Assembly: GCA_000092065.1 (NCBI GenBank)
Contig: CP000593.1
Reading direction: 5' to 3' (one strand)
DNA: 64,000 nucleotides
Origin: Ostreococcus lucimarinus
Taxonomy: Eukaryota
In this document: piece by piece, positions 29,921-38,820 of the stretch
How positions within the stretch are numbered: position 1 is the first letter of the stretch
Layout of the letters: each line of letters opens with the position of its first letter
Made by a program: the position numbers and the translations under genes
The notes under the pieces: generated by a model
Told to the model about the DNA's origin: nothing
Databases searched by the model: none
What the model saw: the letters and a program-made list of their open reading frames with translations, nothing else

Positions 29921-32479
29921 ATGGTCGCCGAAATGCGGACGCTTCGGGAAAACGACGCGGATACGCTCGTCACGCCGCCGAAAACCTTCGGCCGCGTCGC
30001 CAGTAAACGCTTCGTGACGTCGATTTTCGGTTCGCCGAGCACGCTGAACGCGGAGTTGGCGCAGGCGCGAGACACGGTGAAACACTCGCGACGGGAAACG
30101 CTGCGAGCGCCGCTGTCGCTGTCCAACGGCGACATATTTGGATTGACGCTGCGGTTTCTGAGCGATATGGAGTTCACGACGCACGCGACGGCGGTGAACT
30201 TTTATTCAAAGTGCTTCACGGGACGATCGTTCGTGGTGTGGGCGATGGAACAGACGTTTCGGGAACAGACGTTTCGGGACGAGGCGGATGCGATGTTTCT
30301 GGCGAACGAGTTGTTGGTTCGAGGAATCATCGCGCCGGTGGCGCGAGGGAAGATCGATAGCGAGAAAAAGGCGGGATTTTTGCCAGGTTTACCGGGGATG
30401 GGCGCGAGCATGGGGATAGTGGGAGTTGGGAAGTCGTGGAAGGTGTTTCAAGGGAATGATTGGACGTATCACGTGAAGACGCACGCGCGGAGCGCGCTCA
30501 TCGCCGCGTGTTTCGGGAATGGCACGGAGAAGGAGAAGAACGATATTCGAGAGTGTGTGGGACGCATGAGGACTTTAAAATCGCTGATAGATGGTGTTGA
30601 TGATGCTAAGAGTGACGACGAAGCTGAAGAACATCAAGAAGATAACGAGAAGGAAAGGAAAGCCACCATCTCGCTGGCGAAGGACGCGCTCAGTGCGACG
30701 GGTGGAATTCTCACTGCACCGTTTCGCAGGGCACACGTCGTACTACAGGGCGTTGGTGTGATGATTGATGATTTCTTTTCGACGTTGGGACCGCATATCG
30801 TCGTCGCGCTCGGTTCGTTACTCTTCATGGTTTGGTTGCAAAACTTTGCGTTCGCGTGCGTACTGACCGCGGCGTTCACGAGACATTTGCTTTGGGTATC
30901 TGAGATCCAGCGTGACGCGTTATTAGTGCGCTGTCGCGCCGATCAACTTAAAAAGTTTCAAATGATTCGTGGCGATCCGAAGTTGAACAGAACCGGCGCG
31001 GAATCTTCGGATTGGTGGAGCGCAATCTTTCAACACATGTGGGATGGTTGGATGGCGATGTGGATGAATCGCCTCTTGCGCGAACAGCTAGAGTGGTGCT
31101 TCGAGAGTTTAGATTTGCCGTTCGTCAGTAAAGTAGAGTTGAGTGAGTTTCGTTTCGGTACGAACGCGCCCGCGATAAAGACTTCGCGAACGTTTGCCGG
31201 GTCGGATGGCGAAATGATCGTTGAATGGGATTTAGACTGGACCATGGAAGACTCAGTAGTGCTGGTCTCCGCCATGTTCGGTCGCGGGACGATGGTACCG
31301 ATTCCGATTCGCATTCGCTTGGCAGATATTCGCATTTCGGGTAATTTACGACTCATGTTCACGTGGATGCGCGCGAAGGGCGGTCCATACGTCCGCTCGC
31401 TTCGCATATCTTTCGTCGGCTTGCCGGCGTATTCGTTTTCGCTCAAGACGTTCGGTGCCGTCAATTTAAACGAGATTGGCGTCATTCATACGGCACTTAA
31501 ACGTGTCGTTGATGACTACTTTAAGAGCTCGCTGTGCGAACCGGAAGGATACTTCTGGGACGTTAAGGAGTGGTGGTTGTCCGCGGACAACGAAGAAATC
31601 ATCGATCAGAAGGAGCTCATCACGCAGCCGTTGATGCGAGATATTGAGCGCATTTGGAAGCGAAGAAAAGATGAAATCACTGTGGAATTGCGTGTGATGC
31701 CGTTGTTTGTTGAATTAGATCCGAACGCGCGTAACTCATCGCTGAAAGCAAAGTATTTAAATGGCAAGCGGTGTCGAATGGCGGTGGCGATCGAGTACGC
31801 TCGCAGGCGCGTCGTGTCGAAAATGCACATCATGAAGAAGCACGTCGAGGCTGAGCACGACATCGAACATCCTACTTGGGATAGCGGCGCTTTCGCCAGG
31901 CTCGATACTACAGATGAAGTCGTCGACGGGCAACTCGCTATGTTCTTGATGAGCGAGAGCATGGACAGCAACGCCGCCAAAGCTACGGCGACAAAGCTGT
32001 TGCGAATCTCGAGGAAAATCTCCGCGGTGGGGAAGATTGACAACATCTTTAAGTTGCGTGCCGGCGACATTCACAGCGTCGAGGTGACACTCTTGGACCC
32101 CAAAACGCTGAAATCGGTGGGAATTTTACACTGTCGCATACGAATCAACATTTTGCAACCGAACATCGTCGTCGACGAGGGAAAGTCGAGCGAGATATCT
32201 TTAGGCAAGCGCGTGGCGGTCTTGTACGAATCAATGAGCTCTGCCGCGTTACATATTCCTCGAGGAGCCGCCGATGCGGCGTCATCTACATCTCGCGCGG
32301 CGTTGAAGCGAACGGCGACGTGTTTTGGTTGCTTCCGAGCGACCGCCGCCGACGTCGACGACGGCGAAGACGATTTCGGCATCGCCAGCCTGACAGCCCT
32401 CACGTCAATAGAGCGCACTCGCGCCATGGGTGCCGAAAACGTGTCCGACTTCGGCACGGACGACGAAGACGCGAGTTAG
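29921..32479 (+). CDS. SMP-domain (synaptotagmin-like mitochondrial lipid-binding) membrane protein, TEX2/Nvj2/tricalbin-like
   Basis: SMP region WMNRLLREQLEWCFESLDLPFVSKVELSEFRFGTNAPAIKTSRTF...MIVEWDLDWTMEDSVVLVSAMFG...IRLADIRISGNLRLMFTW. N-terminal DEP-like region and a TM segment. ATG at 29921. Confidence 0.65.
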   Translation: MVAEMRTLRENDADTLVTPPKTFGRVASKRFVTSIFGSPSTLNAELAQARDTVKHSRRETLRAPLSLSNGDIFGLTLRFLSDMEFTTHATAVNFYSKCFTGRSFVVWAMEQTFREQTFRDEADAMFLANELLVRGIIAPVARGKIDSEKKAGFLPGLPGMGASMGIVGVGKSWKVFQGNDWTYHVKTHARSALIAACFGNGTEKEKNDIRECVGRMRTLKSLIDGVDDAKSDDEAEEHQEDNEKERKATISLAKDALSATGGILTAPFRRAHVVLQGVGVMIDDFFSTLGPHIVVALGSLLFMVWLQNFAFACVLTAAFTRHLLWVSEIQRDALLVRCRADQLKKFQMIRGDPKLNRTGAESSDWWSAIFQHMWDGWMAMWMNRLLREQLEWCFESLDLPFVSKVELSEFRFGTNAPAIKTSRTFAGSDGEMIVEWDLDWTMEDSVVLVSAMFGRGTMVPIPIRIRLADIRISGNLRLMFTWMRAKGGPYVRSLRISFVGLPAYSFSLKTFGAVNLNEIGVIHTALKRVVDDYFKSSLCEPEGYFWDVKEWWLSADNEEIIDQKELITQPLMRDIERIWKRRKDEITVELRVMPLFVELDPNARNSSLKAKYLNGKRCRMAVAIEYARRRVVSKMHIMKKHVEAEHDIEHPTWDSGAFARLDTTDEVVDGQLAMFLMSESMDSNAAKATATKLLRISRKISAVGKIDNIFKLRAGDIHSVEVTLLDPKTLKSVGILHCRIRINILQPNIVVDEGKSSEISLGKRVAVLYESMSSAALHIPRGAADAASSTSRAALKRTATCFGCFRATAADVDDGEDDFGIASLTALTSIERTRAMGAENVSDFGTDDEDAS

Positions 32480-32542
32480 ACGGACGACATTCCTCTCTGA
32501 CACTGTTTTATTTATACTACAACTCTAAACAACTCTCCGCGC

Positions 32543-32761
32543 TCAAGCCCCTTGCCTTCGCACCGCCGGCGCGATGTGTTCCAGCGCCTCCATGCTCACC
32601 ACCGAGTTCCCTCGCACGACAATCATCCCCATCGGCGTCTTCTCGCTCGTCGTATCGTTCGTCGCGTCGTCGAGCACGACGTTTAAGAATTGATCGAACC
32701 CTCGCAGCGTCCCGACGACGTTCCGGTTCCCATTCAGCCGCAAGCGCAGCTTCTTGTCCAT
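32543..32761 (-). CDS. SNRPG: small nuclear ribonucleoprotein Sm G
   Basis: MDKKLRLRLNGNRNVVGTLRGFDQFLNVVLDDATNDTTSEKTPMGMIVVRGNSVVSMEALE is near-collinear with human SmG ([32 protein letters not shown]...IGMVVIRGNSIIMLEALE). Confidence 0.85.
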   Translation of the reverse strand: MDKKLRLRLNGNRNVVGTLRGFDQFLNVVLDDATNDTTSEKTPMGMIVVRGNSVVSMEALEHIAPAVRRQGA

Positions 32762-33123
32762 ATACCTGGTTGGCGTGCGTCACGGGCGCGTCTGCGGTCA
32801 GCGTGGCGCACGCGGCGCGCGTCGGCGCGTCGAGACGGGTAAAAAACGCGTTCGATTGCGAAAAGTCGGCGGCGTTGGATGTCGCGACGATTCGACGTCG
32901 CGCGCGAGAGAGAACGCGCGAACGGGCGAGCGCGCGCGAGGAGAGGACGCACTGTTTGAGTTCGGGGATCGCGACGCCGCCCATGGTGTGCGTTCGCTCG
33001 AGTGCGGAGGAGCGTCGGGGAATGATGTCTGCCGCGGGGCGCCTGAGCGCCGAGCGCGCGCGAAGTCCTCGCGAATGAATGTTCGCGTAAAGATCGCTAA
33101 CTACGCGCGCGCTCATTCGCTAA

Positions 33124-36100
33124 TTACATGTACTTTTTGGTCTTGCTCGTCGCGGCGGCGGACTCGGGATCGTCGGGCCAGAAGTGCTTGGGATATCGAC
33201 CGGCGAGCTCTTTGCGAACGTCCGTGCGATAGGCGTTGCGCCAGAACGACGCCAAGTCGCGCGTGACGGCTTGCGTGCGACCGGCCGGGCTGAGGAGGTG
33301 TAATTCGCAGTTGACGCCGCCCACGCGTGGAGTTTCGGTAGTGCCGAAGAACTCTTGGATGCGCGCGGCGACGACGGGAACGTCGCCGTCGTAGTCGACT
33401 TTGGCGTTGGATCCGCTGGGCAGGCGAACGGCGACGGGACAGGCGTCGTCCACGAGCTTGAGATGGTCGTACGTGCAGAAATGCGCCTTGACTAGGGATG
33501 CGACGTCAACTTTCGCGAGATCCGATTTAGACTGCGCGCCAGCGATCCACGGCGCGAGCCATTCACCGGCGGAGCTCAGCAAATTTTCTTCGGAGAGATT
33601 TGGAAACGTGGCGTCCACGCCTGAGCGATGGACATATTCCGCGCGCTTGAGCCACGATGTCGTCGCTTTGTTCAAACCGAAGGCGCTCGCGAGACCCATC
33701 TCGCGAATACCGTCTAACATCGCGCTCACAGTCGCCTCGGGATTGTCTTTCACCGAAAACGGAATCTCTCGAAGCACCAAAGATCCTACCGTCAAGCGCC
33801 TGCGCGCGAAGACTGATTTCGATGCGCTCGCCCAGAACACGTCGTCACTCTCCTTGGACAACGCTTCGTACAGCGCACCACCGCTTTCTAAGCATGCACG
33901 GTCGATCGGTGCCGCCAACCGCACGCGGTCGTTCCTCGATCCCGCGTTTCCCGCGCCATCGCCAGCTAATTCGACGACGACTAAAGTTTCATTCGCCTTG
34001 TCGCCAGAGCGAAGCAGCGCGTCATCCTTGTGCTCACTTCCCACGCTCGCGGCGCCGCCGCCAGAGAGTTGAAACGCCCCTCCTCGGTTTTTACGCGCGG
34101 CGACGCGATCAGGATAGGCGACAGCGAGCAGTAGGCCGGCTTCGCTTTCGCCCGCGCCGCACAAGAACGACCACACCACCGCCGAGGCGTCGCCCTCGCC
34201 GACACCCGGAGCGCAGAAGTCAGGATGCGAAGACGCTAAGCGGCGCAAGTTCCCGAGTAACTGCTCGGCAACTTGTTTCGCTTCGCGAACCGCCCGCTCG
34301 TCGACATTCCAGCTCGCACCGCTCGCGCCGCCCGTCGCGACGCTCACCGCCGCGTTTACGCTCGCGCGTTTGCCGCGAGGCGCGCCTTTGATTTTCTTCC
34401 CGCTCTTCGGGAGTTTGGTACCGATTGGAACGCGCGTCGGTTTCGTCGGGTCGACTTCTGGTTTCTCTTCATCCAAATCGCCCGCGCTTGCGAGTGGATC
34501 TTGACCCCAAAGCGCGCGAAGTCTACACCGAACGTCGAGAGGGGCGTCGCGTCCAGAGATCAAGTCGCGGTCGCCGATGACAGCTGCGAGTTGACACGCG
34601 AGTCGAGCGCTCTCAGCGCCGCGTGACGCGCCAAAAAGTAACATACGCGCCAGTCTTGGGTGCACTGGAAGCTCGGACATGATCGAACCCACGTCGCTAG
34701 GGACGAGTTTGCCTTCCTCCAACGCGCCGAGCTCGCGTAACAACCGTCTCGCCGCGATGAGCGGGCCTTCAGGCGGTGGGTCGAGCCAAGCCATGTCTGC
34801 CCCATCGCCGACGCCCCACGCTGCTAAATCTAACGCCACCGGAGTCAAGTCGGCTTGCAAAATCTCGGGTGTCGTGTCTGGCTGAAGTTTCGCGTTCGAG
34901 GCCTCGCTCCATAAACGATAGCACGTCCCAGGAGCGATGCGCCCGGCTCGCCCGCGCCTTTGATCCGCCGATGCGCGGGAGACACGAGTCGTCTCCAGTC
35001 GCGTCATACCCTTCCGAGCGTCGAACTTGGGCGTCTTGCACAATCCCGAGTCCACGACCACTTTCACGCCGTTGATGGTCAACGAAGACTCGGCGATTGG
35101 AGTGCTCACGACGACGCGACGCGTGCCCGGTTTCGACGGCGCGAGCGCCGCCGCCTGTTCTTCTTGCGATAGCGCGCCGTACAGTGGCAACGCCACGACA
35201 CCGTTCGGAAGCTCCCTTTGCAGATCTCGCACCACGCGATTGATCTCCGCCGCGCCCGGAAGAAAACACAGCACGTCGCCATCTGGGCACGCGCGCACGG
35301 CGTCCTTCACCGCGTTCGTCGTCGCGCGCTCGAGCTCACCCCATCCCGCGCCCGGCGCGCCCAAATAAATCGTCTCCACCGGATACGACCGCCCCTCCGA
35401 CACGATCACCGGCACCTCGGGCCCGTTCTCATCCCTCAACAACGCCGCCACGCGCGCGCCCATCTCCCCGAGCGTCGCGCTCATCACCAACAGTCTCAAA
35501 TCTGGCCGTATCGTCTGTTGCACCTCTCGACACAGCGCCAGCGCGACGTCCGCGTCTAAATTCCTCTCGTGAAACTCATCGAACACCACCAATCCCACGT
35601 CCCGCAGCTCTGGATCGTTTCTCAACCGCCGCGTCAGCACGCCCTCCGTCACCACCTCCACCCGCGTCGCCGCGCTCGCCCTTCGTTCAAATCGCACCTG
35701 ATACCCCACCGTTTCCCCCGCGCGTTCCCCCAACATCTCAGCCATCCGCATCGCCGCCGCTTTCGCCGCTAACCGTCGCGGTTCGAGCACGATCACTTTC
35801 CCCGCGCGTCCGTCGCCGCCGGCGCTCGCCGCCGCCAGCGCCGCCGCCAGCGGCATCACCGTCGTCTTCCCCGCCCCCGGCGGCGCCTGCATCACCGCGC
35901 GCGTCGCGCGCTGTTCGCATCGAACCCAATCGTTCGCCTCGTCAGTCCCGCGTCGCGCTTTCGCGCGCCGTCGACGCACCTCGAGCGCGTCCAAGCACGC
36001 GTCCACGACCGCGTCGATGGGCAACTTCGCGCGCGCTTTTCGCAGCGCCTCGCGCCGCGCGTCGTCTCCCGTCGCGCGCCGCGCGACGTCGCGACGCGCA

Positions 36101-36159
36101 CCGCGCGCGCGCCGCGCGACCGGCGCGCGCGCGTCCGTCGTCGCGACGCGCGTCGCCAT
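33124..36159 (-). CDS. hrpB: bacterial-type DEAH-box ATP-dependent helicase HrpB with HrpB_C domain
   Basis: Motifs APPGAGKTT, VLEPRRLAA, DEFHER, SATL, LPGAAEI, TGTRRVVVSTPIAESSLTINGVKVVVDSG, QRRGRAGR. C-terminal HrpB-specific domain (VRLPSGSNAKVDYDGDVPVVAARIQEFFG...LLSPAGRTQAVTRDLASFW). ATG at 36159 (the track ORF starts at GTG 36177). Confidence 0.85.
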   Translation of the reverse strand: MATRVATTDARAPVARRARGARRDVARRATGDDARREALRKARAKLPIDAVVDACLDALEVRRRRAKARRGTDEANDWVRCEQRATRAVMQAPPGAGKTTVMPLAAALAAASAGGDGRAGKVIVLEPRRLAAKAAAMRMAEMLGERAGETVGYQVRFERRASAATRVEVVTEGVLTRRLRNDPELRDVGLVVFDEFHERNLDADVALALCREVQQTIRPDLRLLVMSATLGEMGARVAALLRDENGPEVPVIVSEGRSYPVETIYLGAPGAGWGELERATTNAVKDAVRACPDGDVLCFLPGAAEINRVVRDLQRELPNGVVALPLYGALSQEEQAAALAPSKPGTRRVVVSTPIAESSLTINGVKVVVDSGLCKTPKFDARKGMTRLETTRVSRASADQRRGRAGRIAPGTCYRLWSEASNAKLQPDTTPEILQADLTPVALDLAAWGVGDGADMAWLDPPPEGPLIAARRLLRELGALEEGKLVPSDVGSIMSELPVHPRLARMLLFGASRGAESARLACQLAAVIGDRDLISGRDAPLDVRCRLRALWGQDPLASAGDLDEEKPEVDPTKPTRVPIGTKLPKSGKKIKGAPRGKRASVNAAVSVATGGASGASWNVDERAVREAKQVAEQLLGNLRRLASSHPDFCAPGVGEGDASAVVWSFLCGAGESEAGLLLAVAYPDRVAARKNRGGAFQLSGGGAASVGSEHKDDALLRSGDKANETLVVVELAGDGAGNAGSRNDRVRLAAPIDRACLESGGALYEALSKESDDVFWASASKSVFARRRLTVGSLVLREIPFSVKDNPEATVSAMLDGIREMGLASAFGLNKATTSWLKRAEYVHRSGVDATFPNLSEENLLSSAGEWLAPWIAGAQSKSDLAKVDVASLVKAHFCTYDHLKLVDDACPVAVRLPSGSNAKVDYDGDVPVVAARIQEFFGTTETPRVGGVNCELHLLSPAGRTQAVTRDLASFWRNAYRTDVRKELAGRYPKHFWPDDPESAAATSKTKKYM

Positions 36160-36197
36160 GTTGTGTCGTCGTCGCACTGCGCGACGCGACGACCGCC

Positions 36198-36370
36198 ATG
36201 CCGCGCGAGGTCACGCGCGTCGGCGCGTACGCGCTCAAGCACGCGCTCGGGAGAGGGGCGTTCGGGTGGGTGAAGCTCGCGGTGCAGGACGAGACGGGCG
36301 CCAAGGCGGCGATCAAGGTGCGTCGACGCGCGCGGATGGATGGATGGATGCGTCGACGAAACGAAAAGAA

Positions 36371-36407
<37 letters not shown>

Positions 36408-37773
36408 ACGCGCGCGACGCGCCATCGCGACCTCGACCGAATCGCCGAAACCGACGACTGACGGGAATCGACGACGCGCGACGCGAATCGAAACGTAGAT
36501 TTTGGACAGGGAGAATTTGCAACGCCTGGACGAGCAGGACCAGGTGAAGGCGGAGGTGAAGGCGATGGCGGATCTCACGCATCCGTGCATCGTCGACCTG
36601 AAAGAGGTGCTGAGCGATGAACAGAGCGTGTTCATGGTGATGCAGTACTGCCCGGGGGGGGAGGTGTACGATAGGGTGCGAGCGAAGGGGAGTTTCGGCG
36701 AGGCGGAGGCGAGACGACATTTTCAGAGGTTGATACAGGGGGTGGATTTTTGTCATAAGAAACGGATATATCATCGGGATTTGAAACCTGAGAATTTGTT
36801 CTTCGATGAGCGCGGGGAATTGTGCATCGGGGACTTTGGGTTGGCGGCGCTGCGGGCGGACGCGGAGGATACTAATCTTCGCACGATTTGCGGGACGCCG
36901 CACTTCGCGGCGCCGGAGGTGATGGGAGGATCGAGGAGGCTCGTGGGGAATAAGAATTTTAAGACGGTGAACACGAAGACGCGCTCTGATGGATACGATG
37001 GTGGACCCGCGGACGTGTGGAGTTGTGGATGTATCTTGTATTTTATGCTCACGGCGAAGTACCCGTTCGACGGAAAGAATTTCGTGCAACTGCAACTCAT
37101 GGTTCAAAAGACGGAGCCGTATTTCCCGAGCGGTTCGATGTCGCGCTCGTGCGAAAAACTCATCAAAGGCATGCTTGTGAAAGATCCGACGAAGAGAATG
37201 ACGCTCGATCAAGTGATGAAGAACAGTTGGTTCAAGGTTGACTTTGTTCCCGTCAAGGTTGAGCACAACGCCAACACGAATCGGTTCTTCGACGAAGAAG
37301 ACCCGACGCTCGCGCAGTTTATGACGCCGGACGACAAGCTCGTGGTGAAGAAATCATCCATGATGAGCACAAATGAGTCGAAACTTCGCCCGATCAAACA
37401 GCTCAACGCGTTCGAGTTGATCAATATCGCCGCTTTTGATGTGGCAAACATCTTCGACGAGGATGAAAACACGGTGAGCAACGCCACGCGCTTCGTGAGT
37501 AAAGTAGAGATTGATCGCGTGCAAGCCGCCATCATCGAACGGGCCACCGCGCTTGGGAGTGTCGCTCATCGACAGACGCAAGCGCGCGTGGTTTTTGAAT
37601 GTCAAAGCACGGGGCAAGTGGTGACGATGCGAACGTATCAAGTCATCCCAGGCGTGTGCGTGTACGACTTCAGTCGAGACGAAGGCGGTCGCGAACATTT
37701 TCACACTTGGTTCGCAAATCTTCGCGATGAAAATCACGAAGTGGGTAAACTCATACTTAGCGAAGCAGATTAG
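36198..37773 (+). CDS. CBL-interacting protein kinase (CIPK; SnRK3-type Ser/Thr kinase with NAF motif) (2 exons: 36198..36317, about 36498..37773)
   Basis: Exon 1 MPREVTRVGAYALKHALGRGAFGWVKLAVQDETGAKAAIK, with donor aag|GTGCGT. Exon 2 ILDRENLQRLDEQDQVKAEVKAMADLTHPCIV...HRDLKPENLFFDERGELCIGDFGLAA...GTPHFAAPEV... NAF motif PIKQLNAFELINIAAFDV. Confidence 0.8.
36318..36497 (+). other. intron (about 180 nt) of CIPK containing a GAC microsatellite
   Basis: Donor GTGCGT. Branch-like cgACTGACgg about 45 nt upstream of the acceptor tAG. The splice joins AIK|ILDRENL, matching the kinase subdomain II/III spacing. Confidence 0.55.
36372..36401. repeat. (GAC)10 microsatellite inside CIPK intron
   Basis: Perfect trinucleotide run acgacgacgacgacgacgacgacgacgacg. 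Confidence 0.8.
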
Positions 37774-37790
37774 CGTGGCTCGTTTTATTT

Positions 37791-37795
37791 TGTAA
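37791..37795 (+). terminator. putative TGTAA polyadenylation signal (CIPK)
   Basis: TGTAA about 20 nt after the stop (37771-37773), in a 42-bp AT-rich spacer between convergent genes. Confidence 0.3.
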
Positions 37796-37815
37796 TTATC
37801 AACAGTTCAATAGCG

Positions 37816-38730
37816 CTATCCTTCTCTGAGCAACGAGATGAACGTCGAGATGTCGATGACGGTGATTCTATCGTTCGCCGCCGCTCTCGCGCGTTCACTC
37901 TCGGTGTTATACCCCCAATCCACTAGGAACAATTCCCATTCATCTAAGTCATCCGCCTTGCACACTTTTTCCAGCGTGCTGAGCTTGTCTTCGACGAAAA
38001 TTTTGCGAGGATTCCCGTCGACGCCGAGCGTTCGCAAGACATCCGTCTTCGGGATCCCGCTCACCGTCGTGCTATACATATCATCATCAGCGATCGAAAT
38101 CTTACCCATCCGTTCCAAAATAGCCAGAGCAAATCTTCCTTGCTTCGTGGTCACGATCTTCACCGCCGCGTCGCTTCTCTTTTGCGCCGCGAGCACCGCC
38201 TCGGCGACGCCCGGATACAACGCGTTCGGAGCCAACCACCCGTCAAAGTCGTTCAATATCCAATCATCCCGTATCCTCCCGAACGCCTCCACCATCGTCG
38301 CTCGATCGAGCGACCATTTATCCATGAGTGCTCCCGACAGCCCGTCCCAATCGTTCAGAATCTCCTCGATCGAGTACCCCGGCAACCTTTCCAGCAACGC
38401 GCGCGCCAGCGTGGTGTTTTCGTACCCAGTCTCCACCACCGGTCGCACCGCGCGCAAACCATCGAGCACTCGCTCCTTCTCCGCGCGCGTCGCGTCGGCG
38501 TCGAAGACGTCGGGCCATAGTTCCTCTCCGTGTTTCCACGCGCTGAGCGAAGATTCACCGACGGAGTCGCACACGACGCCGTCAAAGTCGAGGGCGAAGA
38601 TGACCCTCGGTGCGGTTTCTGACGAAGCAAACGTCGCCATTCGCGCGCGCGGACGCGCGTCGACGCGCGCGGACGCGCGGAAACGCGCGCGGGTAAACGC
38701 TTTGGACGCGATCGATCCGACGGTGGGCAT
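37816..38730 (-). CDS. HAD-superfamily hydrolase with transit-peptide-like N-terminus
   Basis: HAD motif I VIFALDFDGVVCDS. Motif II/III region KIVTTKQGRFA, KIFVEDK. Track ORF starts at TTG 38772; ATG at 38730. Confidence 0.65.
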   Translation of the reverse strand: MPTVGSIASKAFTRARFRASARVDARPRARMATFASSETAPRVIFALDFDGVVCDSVGESSLSAWKHGEELWPDVFDADATRAEKERVLDGLRAVRPVVETGYENTTLARALLERLPGYSIEEILNDWDGLSGALMDKWSLDRATMVEAFGRIRDDWILNDFDGWLAPNALYPGVAEAVLAAQKRSDAAVKIVTTKQGRFALAILERMGKISIADDDMYSTTVSGIPKTDVLRTLGVDGNPRKIFVEDKLSTLEKVCKADDLDEWELFLVDWGYNTESERARAAANDRITVIDISTFISLLREG

Positions 38731-38820
38731 GGATGCGCGCGAGTCGGCGAGTGCGGTGCGTTGTGTTGACAAGGGAGGCGTCCCGGGGACGCAGTCTAAC
38801 CGCCGGCGCCGCTTCGGCGA

